A DNA stretch of 64,000 bases from Vicugna vicugna (Eukaryota): NCBI GenBank assembly GCA_013265495.1, contig MU058294.1:62001-126000 (forward strand). Reading direction: 5' to 3'. This document shows, one piece after another, positions 25,769 to 39,315 of this stretch (positions are counted from its first letter, which is position 1; the number at the start of each line of letters is the position of its first letter). Under the pieces are notes generated by a model. It was not told the DNA's origin. It saw only the letters and a program-made list of their open reading frames with translations, and made no database searches. Made by a program: the position numbers and the translations under genes.

Positions 25769-26744
25769 CTGCAAGTGACAAAAACACTCCAACTCTGGAA
25801 AGCCTAGTCCCATGTGAGCCTGGGAGAACAGGGAGGGTGGGCCAGACACAAGAGCTTGGCAGCATGTAGAAGGAGTTTCTCTGGCATGGTTCAGCTTTCT
25901 GAGTCTGGAATAAAGTAGTTTAGTAAATTCCAGAACTTCCTTACAACAAAGTATTAAGTGGTCATTAAAAATTAAATTGTAGAATAACTAAAAAATACAG
26001 ACAAATTCAAAATGTACTGACAGTGGCTAAAGCAGGTTACTACACAGTATGTACAACAATCCCATTTATCAAAATCTACATATTACAGAGGGAATGTCAG
26101 ATATCAACAATAAAAGAAAAACATCTGGATTTATACCTCTAAACGTTAACACGTGATTTGTAGCTTATGACAGCATCATTTTTTTTGGTTTAAGTATACT
26201 TCCACAAACTTACATAAATTTAACAAAGTATACTTCCTATTGTCTTTACAAGAACTAGGTACTTTAGGATATAGATTTTAAGGAATTTTATTAAAGGGAA
26301 GTTCTTTTTTAAAATAGATGAAAAAACACAGTTGTAAATCTTTAGGTTAGATTCACAGCTCAGCATATTCTAAACACAGCTGCACGTGAATGATTTCTTG
26401 TATGTTTCTTTCCAACAAACTTGGTTTCTAAGCATGCCTGTGGGTGCTCCGCCTAGAAAGGAAAAGCTAAGAGGCTCAAAGTTTGGTCTTGCTGCTTTGT
26501 TTTATTTTCTTGATGGGATTTATTTCATTTCTGAAAAATTAGCCATAATGCCATGTATCCTGTGAGAGAATCGCCTTACTCCATTTGTTTCCCTTTGGCT
26601 CCAACATCAAGAGATTCAAAACTATAAGACATTAACTTGACTAGAAAAAAATTCATTTACACCCAGAATTCCTGTGAATTCACGATAATTTGGACATGGA
26701 AGCATACAGGACACAGAGCAGAAGGCATACAGCTGGAAAATAGT

Positions 26745-26945
26745 AGAATCTAGCAGTTAAAGACCGAGGGCTATGGAATTTAAATTCTGGTTCTCTCTCT
26801 CAAGAACTCTGTGACATTTCACAAGTTATTTCAGCTCTTGATGCCTCATGTGTCTCATCAGTTTACTGGGAATGGTAATGATACCTCCCTCATAGGGTTC
26901 GCATGAGAATTAAATGAGATAATATATGTAAAATACTCGGACTAG
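26745..26945 (+). mobile_element. MIR SINE
   Basis: MIR core: tacctccctcatagggttcgcatgagaattaaatgagataatatatgtaaa. Confidence 0.8.
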
Positions 26946-27413
26946 TGTATTTGTCAGGGTTCTCCAGACAAACCGAACCAACAGGGTATGTGTATATGTG
27001 TGCATGCACACGCGTGCACATGTGTTTGTGTGTGTGTGTGTGTGTAGAGAAGGAGAGAAATTGAGAGATTTTAGTGAATTGGCTCATGAGATTGTGAGAG
27101 GGAGAGATTTTAAAGAATCAGCTAATGAGATTTCAGAGGCTTGTTAAATCCAAAATCTGCAGGACAGACCAGCATGTTGAACACCCAGGGAACAGTTGTA
27201 GTTCAAGTCCAAAAGCTCTCAGCTGGCAGAGTTCTTCTTGCTCTGATGAGGCCCACCCACATTATGAAGGGTAATCTATTCTACTCAGAGTCCACTGATT
27301 TAAATGTTAATCTCATTCAAAAAACATTTTCACAGAAGCATTCAGAATGATGTTTGACCCAATATCTAGGCATCATGGCCCAGCCAAACTGGTACATAAA
27401 ATTAACCATCATA
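26946..27413 (-). mobile_element. MLT2-type LTR (3' LTR of ERV-L) containing a (TG)n tract
   Basis: tgtatttgtcagggttctccaga...cataaaattaaccatca; a purine tract (gacaaggaatggact on minus) is immediately adjacent. Confidence 0.88.
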
Positions 27414-30400
27414 AGTCCATTCCTTGTCAGCTTGGCACCTATATGCATCTCCTTAAGCCATATTTAATCTCTGAGTAAAGACAATAACAAGGTACTACTT
27501 CCACCTTACATCATTCAACTATCCTGCATACAACCAAAAAATACACCAACCCTTTCCCCAGAAGAAGTTGCAAAGTCCTTGGGTGATGTTTACTCTTCTT
27601 GATATCTCATAACTTAAATATTATGATGTAAAGTTAATAATACTTAAATAGAAAAGATCAGTACCTCTTATGTTACATGACAAAAGGATAAAAAAGGGAA
27701 GAAGACAAAGATATTTCCTATACACATATACACCAATACAACAAAATAAGCAAGATGACAGTTACATTCCTCATGTTTGAAACTGGTCACACAGCTGTAG
27801 TTGGCATTTATAACTACCTTCTCCCCCTACCCATACCGTATTCCCTTTGCCCTCAGCAAGCACCTCAGCTGGTCATGGTTCTTTATTTGATGGGGTGACC
27901 CAGATATTCATTCTTGAAGAATGTAACCCATCAGTCATCCTGCCTAATTAGTGTTGTGATTTTCCATTCACTTTAATCATAGGGCATGTTAATACTAGGA
28001 GATGCCCCAAAAGCTCTCCTATACTCAGGACATACTTTTCCTTACCTCCCTTGTAGAGTAGCAGTACAACTTCCCCTTGGTAGTCAAGATCAACCACCCC
28101 AGCCAACAGAGTAACTCCCTTGTTTGCCTGTTGATTCAGAGGGTTAAGGAGCCCCAAATGGCTGGGTAGCAGCCTTAACTTCCAGTTCAATGGAATCATT
28201 TTGTTTCCTGGTGGAAACATTGCTCTGAATGGAACTAAAGACCTCTGGGCAGCAGAGCACAGGTTGTGAGGGCAGAAAACAAAAATTCTACTATTGGGCT
28301 ACTAGGGGCAATAATGAGTGATTGTCACTCCCATTTCTTGATTCCTGGCCTTGTGAATCCTGGCCATGGGAGAAACAGCACCAGATATTGGATGCTGATC
28401 CAGAGCATATACAGCCTTCTAGAGAACCTTGCCTCAGCCCTGCAAGATACGCCACCCAGCTGGCATTGTAAACTGGGTCTTTAAAAGGTCATTCCATTGT
28501 TCTGTCAGGCCATCAGGATGGTGGAAAACATGGTAAGACCAATGAATTCATGTGGACGGGCCCCTTTGCTGTTTTTCATTTGCTGTGATACGAGTTTCTT
28601 GATCAGAAGCAATGCTGCATGGAATACCATGACAGTGCATCAGGCATTCTTCAAGTCCACAGATGGTAGTTTTGGCAGAAGCATTATGTGTAGTAAAAGC
28701 ACACATCTGTATTGGGAGTATCTGTTCCACTGAGAACAAGATGCTGCCCTTTCCATGATGGAAGCAGTCCAGTGTAATCAACCGGCCACACGGAATGGTG
28801 CCATATTGGGGACTTACTGTTGGTCTCTGCTGTTGACAGATTAGGCAGTCAGCAATGGCTATAACCAGGCACAGCCTTGGTGAGTGGAAGACCACGTTGT
28901 TGAACCCATGCATAAACTCCATCATTGACACCATGACCACTTTGTTCATGAGCCCACTGGGTGATGACAGGGTGTCTGAGGAAAGAAACTGGTATCCACA
29001 GAATGGGTCATCCTATCCACTTTATGAAAATCCTCCTCTGCTGAGTTCACCCACTGGTGAACATTCACATTAGGACACATATCTTTATTTTATTCATTCA
29101 GAGGGGTTTATACCTCTGCCAGACTTCCATGTCACCAATTTTCCAATCATATTCCTTCCAAGTCCCTGACCATCCAGTGAAACCATTCACCACAGCCTAT
29201 GAATTGATACATAATTACACATCTGGCCATTTCTCCTTCCAAACAAAATAAATAACCAAGTGCACTGTTTGAAGTGCTACCCAATAAGAGGATTACATGT
29301 GCCTTCATCGTGTGCTCAGCTCAGTCAAAATACCACTTTCATTTGATGATGAAGTGCTGCTATGTGCCCCCAACTTAATGACTTGGTGGGTCAGATTACA
29401 TCTGGTTCATGATGGGCAGCTCAGGTTGTGTGGTAACTTGGTGGCCCTTAGATAAGTGTTCAGGCTCTACGAAGGCCCAGTAGCAGGCCAAAAGCTGCTT
29501 CTCAAAAGGAAAGTATTTAACTGCAGAGGATGGCAGGGCTTTGATTCAAATCCTAAGGGCCTATGCTGTGATTCACCTATACATTCCTACAAATGGCCCC
29601 AAACAGCATCCCTATCTGCCATTGATACCTCAAGCACCACTGGATCTGCTGGGCCATGTGACCCAAGTGGCAAAGCAGCTTGCAGTCGTCTGGACCTGTT
29701 GCAGAATTGCAGAGCCTTCTCTTTCTGGGCCTTACTTTTACGGGCCACTCAATAAATGAAGGGAAGTAACACACCCAGGTGAGGAATATGTTGCCTCCAA
29801 AATCCAGATGCTTACTCGGCTTTGTGCCTCTTTTTTTGGTTGGGGGAGGGCCCAGATGCAACAACCTATCCTTCACCTTAGAAAGGATATCGTGACATAC
29901 CCCACATCACTGAATCTCTAGAAATTTCACTGATGTAGAAGGCCCTGGAGTTTTTTTGTTGGATTGATTTTCCACCCTCTGACACACAAATGTCTTACCA
30001 ATAATTCTGGAGTAGTTGCCACTTCTTGCTCACTGGGTCCAGTCTACATATTGTCATCAGTGAAGTGGACCAGCATGGCATCTTGTGGAAGGGAAAAGTA
30101 GCACGATCCCTTTGAACTAAATTATGACATAGGGCTGGAGAGTTGATATACCCCTGAGGTAGGACACTGAAGTGGTATTGCTGACCTTGCCAGCTGAAAG
30201 CAAATGTTTCTGGTTGTCGTTATTAACAGGGATAGAGAAAAAAAATTGCCAGATTAGTTGTCGCATACCAGGTACCAGGGAATTTGTTAATTTGCTCAAG
30301 GAATGAAACCATATTTGGTATAGCAGCTGCAATTGAAGTCACCACCTGGTTAAGCTTACTATAATCCATTGTCACTCTCCAATATCCATCTGTCTTCTGC

Positions 30401-31140
30401 ACGGGCCAGATGGGAAAGTTGAATGTGGATGTAGTGGGAATCACCACCCCTGCATATTTCAAGTCCTTAATGGTGGCACTGATCTCTGCAGTCCCTCCAA
30501 GAATGCAGTATTTCTTTCGGTTTACTATTTTCTTAGGTGGAGGCAGTTCTAGTAGCTTCCACTGATCCTTTCCAACCATAATAGCCCACATTCAACTGGG
30601 CAGGGAACCAATGTGGGGATTCTTACAGTTGCTGAGTATGTCTGTCCCAATTACCATTCCAGAACTGAGGGGAAAACCACAGGATGGGTTCAGGCACCCA
30701 CTGGGCCCACTGTGAGATGGAATTGAGCTAAAACTCCATCGATCATCTGACTTCAATAGGCCCCTACTATGACTGGTAGGCCCCTGTGATGTTTTGAATC
30801 TCCTGAAATTAGTGTCAGTTCAGAGTCAGTGTCCAGTAATCCCTGAAAGGCTGACTATTTCCTTTTCCTCAACTTATAGTCACCCTGATAAAGGCTGTAG
30901 ATTCCTTTGGGAAGGCTTATGGGGATAATAAACAGTATCAATTGTTTGCAGTGTACCAGGATCTCTCATTCAAGGGGTTCTAGGTCTGTACAGTGGGTCA
31001 AGTCTGGGAATTGATTGAGGGGCCATGACTCTGTTTTTATTACTGAAGTTAGGCTTTTGTTCACTTGACCTAGGACTCTTCTACTTATACAGATCAAGTC
31101 AGGAATTTAGTAGACTTTGCATCTATTCACTTCCACCAAA
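27414..31140 (-). mobile_element. ERV-L internal region (gag end, pol RT/RNase H/integrase, dUTPase), disrupted and 5'-truncated
   Basis: ORF pieces FPIWPVQKTDGYWRVTMDYSKLN (RT), HGIPCSIASDQ (integrase) and MIPLNWKLRLLPSHLGLL..LAGVVDLDYQGEV (dUTPase); no 5' LTR seen. Confidence 0.9.
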
Positions 31141-32119
31141 GAATATCAACCAAACTCCCAGTTACCATATAACAGAGATTAAAAAAAAAATCTTTCATGG
31201 TCATTTTATGTTCTTCATCACAATAAATTGTTTCATATTTTTAAAACCAAGTTTTAAGTATTCTTAGATTTTAAAAAATTTCCCTTGGAAATTTAATGTT
31301 CAAGTAAAACTGATGCTTCAGGAAGGTTAACCATTATCTTTTTAGAGGTAAGTAAAGTGAGGTTTAAAGTAGATATCATCTCATACTCAATCTGACACAC
31401 TCCTAATATTGCACTCTCTCATATTTTTAGTAAATTCAGATCATAGCCACACACACTATCTTCCAGATTTTAACTTTGATATATCGCATTCTAACACACA
31501 CAAACACATTTACCAAAACTCTCACATGACCTCTTACTCAGTCATACTCTGTCAAACAAGCTCAAAGTCACAGAGTTATAATCACCAGCCCTTTCACTGT
31601 CATACAATTCATCCAGAGACTTGGGTACTGTGGCTAACCACCTTCACATACTTCATATATTTCACTCAATACCCTCTCCCAAGTGCAAACCATTTCACAT
31701 ACATGGATCAGAAACAGAAGCACAACTACATGTACTCACAGATACTACATTTCTTCACACTTATGATGGGGTTTCTGGCCTCTCAGAAAGGTTGAAAATC
31801 TTTACCATAGATGTGTCCCTTCTGGCAGATAATCTGTACTAGTTTCCATACCTCTCATTTAATTCCAGCCTCTCACACACACCTAAACACAAAGAGTCAC
31901 CTCACACCTCTCTCCCCCAACCCCTACACATAAGGCTTAGAACCAACGTGACCTGCCCCAGGGATCTGTGATTCATCCACCTGGGTCCCTCTTAGTCCCG
32001 ACAGACCAACTTCCTCCATTCTCCCGTGGAATTCACCTGCAGACACTTGCCACAGCCAAAGCCTCCGGGTAGTCAGAGGTAGACCCAGCACAAACAGCCT
32101 TCCACCAAATGTTACAAGG

Positions 32120-32990
32120 TCACTGACGGCGTAGCCCCGTCGCGCGCAAGCCTGTGTAATCAATTACATGGTCTCAATCCTCCACTCCCATGTTAGTACC
32201 ATCATAGTCACTGCGCGTGGCTTCTCACCTCCTGAACCTACAACAGTAGGCGGCCCATCCACTAAGTCAAACGGTCTCAAAACCATTTCACGTACCAATT
32301 TCCTCATGCAGGACACCTGCACAGTCGGTGTCACGTAATCCTCTCTCGATCTTTAGACGTACCCTCGGACACGTACGGACTCAATACACATCTCGCATCA
32401 CAGTCGCACGGAACAGGCCGGATCACTCTGCGTCAGACAACCGCAGTCCTCTGAAGCCTGACTCCCAGGAGTGTCCACGTGGAGAGGGTGGGGACAGCCA
32501 CCGTGTCAGGCCTGAAATCCGTCCTCAGAGAAACCTGAGGTCCCGAATTTATATCCCCAAACCAGGTCTCAGCCACGCAAACTGGGCAGTTGTGGCGTCA
32601 CTCCAGGTCCAAGTGAAATAACGCACGTGCAGCCTGAAGCCTGGAGGAAAACACACCTCGTTAGCCTCCCGGGCTCTTTCCTCTCGGACTGCATTTCCCT
32701 GGGGACACAACTGGCCGAAGCTACTTCTGGTGGGAGCCTCGGTTGAATGGTCGGCCGCAGAGGCAGCTGAGGGCTTCCCAAGACCGGTTGAGTTGGCAAA
32801 GCTCAACGTGCGGCCTCTCCTGGAGTTGGAATCAGGATATGGACCAGAGCTCCTCCTGAGGATGCTGAATGTAAGGAATTCTGTAGCCCCAAGGCCAGGC
32901 AAGTGGAGTGTCTGGAGTGTTAGGCCTCTGGGTGCAGGAGAGGGAGAGTAGATTAGGTTGTTGAGTGCGTGACGGAATTTCATCTCCAGA
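32120..32990. promoter_or_regulatory. Second CpG-rich promoter (ZNF461 5' end, probably bidirectional)
   Basis: Locally high CpG, CACGTG boxes, TGGCGTCA and SBS-like ACTGCATTTCCC at 32688-32699; plus-strand donor GAAT|gtaagg at 32871 followed by TG-rich sequence. Confidence 0.72.
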
Positions 32991-35058
32991 CTAAGTGTAT
33001 TTGGCTGTTTGTTGTGACAGCAACTGGATTTGTGCTTTTGTGACAGTGTAATTGTGTGCATGGCCATATGTGTAAATGGAGTTTGTATGTGATTGTGACC
33101 ATGATTGCGGGTGGCTATTTCTGTAAGCCCCATTCACTTAGATAAAAGAAAATCACATTTACCAAAGCTTTATACCCAGACAGTTAGGGAGATTCCAGTA
33201 GCCACCTGTATTCATACGTACATCATAAAGCCAAAATCACATAATCCACCTCGTGTTTATCATCATCACACCACCGCAGACAAAGCGACATATATAGTAA
33301 ACAAACAACCCCCCCAAATCCAAAAAACTACCATTATTCCTACTTAGGCCTCATCCCCAACAATTATCTGAAGAGTTAACACACATCACCAAGAATCATA
33401 GAAGCATAGTCTTCATGGCCATAGACAGCATCAACTCCATATCACATTCAAGGTCACACAAGGTTGAGCTTCATGAAAAGCCTAGTATCTCATAATTTTT
33501 CTCTACTTCACTACTTCTGCCATTCCCTTTTAGAAAAACACTTAAAATAGTTGGAAAGAATGACACTGTGGCACATCCAAAAACTGTCTAAGATGACTAG
33601 GTGCTGCTTTTTACCTGATTGTTCATATTAACCTTCAAAATTTTTGTTATATTGCTTCATTTAAAGTAAAAGTTATCTATAATTCTTCAACTACTCAGAA
33701 CATTTTATTACAAATGCTTTCAGCCTCCTTATGTACGGATATGCTTATGTACATTAGTCTTTTTTTCCCAAAGATTAGAACACAATACACATTGTTTTGT
33801 AATTTCTTATTAAAAAGTATTTAGGTCTTTTTTCTGTACTTAAGGATAAATTTCAGAAGGTTTTCTGGAATGTGATTCTTTAATTTTCACCAGTACTTCA
33901 AACCAAAGACTCAAGTATTTATTTTGCCTTGGAAATTTTTGTTCTATTTATTTCTTCTTTTTTTATTGGTGGTGTTTTAGTCTCTATTTTTGAAATTCCT
34001 ATTACACATGCATTAGGTCTTTTGAGTCATTTTCTATTTCCTTGATCTTTTCATAATGTCCATTTCCTTTTCTTTTTCCTCTTAATTCAGTGAGAATCTA
34101 GTCAGGGTAGGTCTGAGCAGGCCAGTTGGGTCCATTTTATCACAGCGTTGGGACGCTGGCCTGCCTCTCTAAATCCTTCCTGCTAAATCCAGTATAGATT
34201 CAAGAAATCCATACTGGTATAGCTGAATTCCTTCCTTGTTTTAAGTAAGTTTGAGATTTGCCCAATTTCTCTTCAATCTTTTATGTATGTATGTATGGGG
34301 TCTAGAGTAGGAGACATGAAGTGGGGAAAGCACTATTCTAAATTAAAATTAGTACATTGCAAATGGAAGCTCAGAGGCAAGATCATCTCATTCATCTCTT
34401 GTTTTTTTTTTTAAATCCCCTTATTCAGCAACACCTTCTTTGGACTATGAGTTTCTTCTAAAGTGGAACCAAGAAGAGGACTAATAGATACGTTGGATTC
34501 TAAGAAAGCTATGGCCCATGTAAGTTGGTGTTTTCTTGTTCCTCATTGAAAGAGCCTTTTTTTTTTCTATAGGTCACATGAATATCTGCATTCTTTATCC
34601 TGATATTATTACCTAACTGAATGTCATACAGTAACTTGCCAGTGGGTGAGTACGTAATGCTGCCAGAAATTCAGGGTCTTCCTTTTTTGTTCATCTCCTC
34701 TCTAACCAGTGTTCATATTCTCATTCAATAAATCCTTACTCATTTCCTGTATGCTCAGTCTTCTGCCAGAACAAAGAGAGAACAGAAACAGTATTCTTTT
34801 GAGGGAAATAATTGGTTTGATGAAGTGATTTAACAAATATTAAGCACCTACTATGTGATAGGCACTTTTCTAGATAACTAGGAATAAATTAGTGGGAGAA
34901 AAAATCAGACATACAAATCATTCCTTGTGGAACTTGTAATGAAAGAGACAGAAAACTAATGACTTATATAGTACAAGGCTTAAGATTTAAGACACAAATA
35001 TATATATATATATACATGTCTGTATATGTGTGTGTGTGTGTGTATGTATATGTATATG

Positions 35059-35377
35059 CAGTCAGCTCTCCGTATCTGTGGATTTCACATCTATGGATTC
35101 AACCAACTGTGGATTGAAAGTATTCAGGAAAAAAAAAATTTCAGAAAGTCCCAAAAAGCAAAACTTGAATTTGGTGCATGCTGGCAACTATTTACATGCC
35201 ATTTACATTATATAAAGTATTATAAATAATCTAGAGATGATTTAAAGTATATAGGAGGATGTGTGTAGGTTATACACAAATACTGTGACATTTTATATGA
35301 GGACCTCGCACATCTGCAGATTTTGGTATCTGCAGAGGTGCTGGAACCAATTCCCCATGGTTATCAAGGGATGAATA
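35059..35377. mobile_element. MER2-like TcMar-Tigger MITE flanked by TA/TG microsatellite
   Basis: cagtcagctctccgtatctgtgg..ggattcaaccaactgtggattg..ctggaaccaattccccatgg. Confidence 0.8.
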
Positions 35378-36776
35378 TATATATATAAAATGAGCGACTT
35401 AATTGTATGGTAAAACTAAGACCACAGAGCAAATATATGTCTTATCAATAACTGTATTTGAGCTTTAACTCACCTACTAAAAAAAAAGGCTTTCAGATTG
35501 AGTCCCAAATTAAAACTCAACTCTCTGCTTCAGACACTTAAGTGATTCAGAAAGTTTAATAAAAGAATGGACAAAGTATACCAGGCAAATTGAAACTAAA
35601 AGAAAACACACTAAAATTCAGGCCACATCACACCATTAAACATGGCAAAGAAGACTAGACACTACATAATTCTAAGGTGTAGATAGCAAAATGAAGATAC
35701 AATGGTTATGAATTGCACATATATCAAATATTATAGCAGCAACTTTCCTAAAACAAACAGAAGAGCATATAGAAGAAATAGACACTTGCCAGCAGTAGGG
35801 GACATAAATTAACCCTCTTAGTCAATGTCAGGCCAAGTGGACAAAATTTAGTAAGGATATTGAAGTACAAAATTACATACTCCATCAAACCTACCTTATT
35901 GATACATGTTAAATCCTAATAATGGTGAATATGCATTCCTTTCAAGTGTTTATGAACCATTCAGATAAAAATGACATATTAGGCCACAGTAAAGTCTAAA
36001 AAGTACAAATGATAAGCAATATTCCCTGAACACAGTGAAATACAACTAGAATTTAATTACAAAATCAGAAAAATAATAAAGCTATTCTTACAGCAGTTTA
36101 TAAAATTTGTCTTAATAACTCCTGGATCAAAGAAGAAATATAATCTAAAAGTAAAGGATTTCTAATAATGTGATAGCACTACATATTGGAACCCATGGGA
36201 TTTAGTTAAAGCAGGACTCTAAGGGAAAAGTCATAACTTTAAATGCTTCTGAAAAATAATAAAAATATGTAAGTTAAAAGTAAGTAGAGGGAAATCTGGA
36301 AGGAATTTACAAAGATAAAAATTATGTGTTAGAAAACAGGAAAAAAATTTAGTAAGATAAATCAAGATAGATCACTAATCTTTGAATATTAGTGATCAAT
36401 GAAAAGGGACAAATATACAAAATGAAAAGTGGAAAATCCATAGAAACAAAGGAAGTTGAAAAACTTGAAAAAAATCCTTCATTTGATTCTTTGCAAATAC
36501 ATTTTATTTATTCACATGTATACAATTTTCAATTGCTCTCTCTTCTTGAGATCTGAATTTCTTTTTAGCTTGAAGATCTGCCCTTAACATTTTCTAGACT
36601 TTGTCTTCTGATGACAGATTCCTCTTAGCTTTCTTTATGTGAAAATATCTATTCCACCTTAATTTATAAAATACATCAGGACATGCATTGTCCTTTGTTT
36701 TTGGAAGAGGTTTTTTTTTTAATAGAATTAGTATTATTCCTTAATTGTCTGATAGAATTTGCCAGAAAAAAACATC

Positions 36777-37233
36777 TGTGGCAGGCAAAATAATGACAGC
36801 TCCCCCCAAAGCTATCTATATGCTAATCCTAGAACCTGTGAATATGTTACCTTACATGGCGAGAGACTGTAAATGTGATTAAATTAATGCTTTTGCGATG
36901 GGGAGATTATCTTGGGTTATCTGAAGAGTCAAGAGTCAAAAGAGAATGTGAGTATGGTATATGCATACTTCTGTTAGAGAAATGCAACATTTCTAGCTTT
37001 GAAGATGGAGGAACAGGGCCACGAGCCAAGGAATGTTAAGTAGCCGCTAGAAGCCAGAAAAAGCAAGTAAATGGACTCTTTTCTAGAGCTGCCAGAAAGG
37101 CACATAGCACTGCCGACACCTTGATTTAGTCTAGTAAAACTCTTGTTGGACTCCTAATCAACAGATAAAAAAATGTTTCGTTTTAAGCTACTACACTTAT
37201 GGTGATTTGTGCTGCAGCAGTAGAAAACTAGAT
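36777..37233 (+). mobile_element. MaLR LTR (MLT1D-like)
   Basis: tgtggcaggcaaaataatg..gaacctgtgaatatgttaccttacatggc..ctttgaagatggagg..gcagcagtagaaaacta. Confidence 0.85.
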
Positions 37234-38398
37234 CACCATGTGAGTTTAGAGTTTTCTTCATAGGGAGACTTTAATTTCTTAATTTCCTTAATTTATTATT
37301 AGTACAAGTTACTAAACTGATTAAAGAAAAAAAAATAAAGCCCCTCAAAGCCCCTTATCTATTAATTTGTACCTTTCAGGGAATTAGTTTATTTCAACTT
37401 AGATGTCAAATTTATTGGCATAAAGTTATTTATAATTCTCCCTTATTTTCATTTTAATGCCTGTCAGATCTATATAAATGCACCCGTTTTAATTCCTGAT
37501 ACTAATAATTGAAATCTTTTCTTGTGCAGTATACTAGCAGTTTATTGATTTCATTGATCTTTTCAAAGAACCAGCTTTTAGTTTTATTGGTTTTTCTCTC
37601 TAGTTTGCCCTTGCTATTACACTTACTATTTTATTTATTCTTTCCTTCTTTCTGCATAATTTAGGTTTAATTTTCTTTTATTTTTTTCTACCTTAAAATT
37701 CCCTTTCTTCTTTCACCCATGGCTTATTTAGAAGAGTGCTCTTTAACTTCTAAATATTTGGGGACGTTTTCAGATCCTTCTGCTAATTCATTTTCAATTT
37801 AACTATGCTGTGGTCAAAGAACATACTCTGTAATTTCTCTCCTTTTAAATTTACTGAGACTTGTTTTGTGACCCCAAATTTGGACAATTTGGTGAATGCA
37901 CTTGAAAAAAAAGTGGGGGTGTTATATTGTTGGGTAGAGTGTTTATCATTTAGGTTAAGTTGTTTGTAGTGGTGAGCAACCTTTCTATATCTTTACTGGT
38001 TTTTTGTATTGTCACTTGGTCTATCAGTGTCTGAGAGAGGGCGGTTAAACCTCCAAATACAACTGTGAATTCATCTGTTGCAGTTTTGTCAGTTTTTACT
38101 TTACAGTATTTTGAAGCTGTGTTATTATTAGGTCCATGCATATTTAGAATTACTGTGTCATCTTGATGAATTGACCCTTTTATCATGAAATGATCCTTTT
38201 GGTAATATTCTTTGTCTTGAATTCTGTTCTCTTTATTAATATAACTGCTTCAGCTTTCTTTTACTGTTTTTGTTTTCATGACATATCTTTTTCTATCCTT
38301 TTATTTTAACCTATTTTAAGTGTATCTCATATAACAGCATATACTTTGGCCCCAGTTTTTTTATACAGTCTGACATTCTCTGCCTTCAAATATCTAGA

Positions 38399-38598
38399 CA
38401 GGGATTAGCAAACTATGGCATGCTGGCTAAATCCAGCCCACAACCTGTTTTTATATAGCCTTCAACCTAAGAGTGGTTTTGCATTTCAGAAGGGTTATAA
38501 ATAAGTAAACAAGAATATGCAATAGGGCCTGTATGTGACCCACAGAGCCTAAAATATTTGCTATATGACCCTTTTCGGAAAAATTTTGCTGGCCTCTA
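38399..38598. mobile_element. MER58-like hAT-Charlie MITE
   Basis: cagggattagcaaactatggc..agagcctaaaatatttgctat..ttttgctggcctct. Confidence 0.75.
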
Positions 38599-38973
38599 GA
38601 TGGACCATTTAAACTGAATATAGTTATTCATTTTAGGTTTTAGTCTATCATCTTGTCATCTATTTTCTCTTCCCTTTTTTTCTATTTTCCTGTCCTCTCT
38701 TGGACTAATCTTGTATTTTTTTCGTATTCCCTTTGTCTCCATTATAGGATTACCAGCTGTACTGTTTTTACTATTTTAGGAGTTGTTTTAAGGTTTCCAA
38801 TGTGATTTTTAAAGGGAAAAGCCTTATTAGAGTCCTCCAATCATTTTATGCACAGAGAAATTTTTACCCAGTATAAATCTGTTTTCCACCTGAAGAACTT
38901 CCTTTAACATTTTCTGTAGTACAGTTTTGTTTATCTCAAAAAACAAAAATAACGCCTGGAGCTCTCCCGCGCC

Positions 38974-39315
38974 ATGGCCTCTGTCTCCGAGCTCGCCTGT
39001 ATCTACTCGGCCCTTATTCTGCACGATGATGAGGTGACCGTCACGGAGGACAAGATCAACGCCCTCATTAAAGTAGCCGGAGTGAACGTCGAGCCTTTCT
39101 GGCCGGGATTGTTTGCAAAGGCTCTGGCTAACGTCAGCATCGGGAGCCTCATTTGTAACGTGGGGGCCGGTGGGCCCGCCCCCGCCGCCGGGGCTGCCTC
39201 CGCAAGAGGCCCCGCGCCCGCCGCCGCCGCCCCGGCTGAGGAGAAGAAAGTGGAAGCGAAGAAGGAAGAGTCCGAGGAGTCTGATGACGACATGGGCTTT
39301 GGTCTTTTTGACTAG
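38974..39315 (+). pseudogene. RPLP1: Processed retrocopy of ribosomal protein P1 with intact 113-aa ORF (insert about 38953-39370)
   Basis: Intronless [19 protein letters not shown]...[19 protein letters not shown] at 39336-39341; A/(CAAA) tail from 39355; near-perfect TSD AAAAAAC-A5/A6-TAA at 38938-38952 and 39371-39386. Confidence 0.95.

Noticed and set aside
27948..30591. ERV-L pol ORFs as a domesticated or active gene
   Set aside because: Broken into many short frames by stops and frameshifts; no 5' LTR.
32328..33347. ORFs up to 194 aa over promoter 2
   Set aside because: No recognisable domain; explained by GC-rich and low-complexity promoter sequence.
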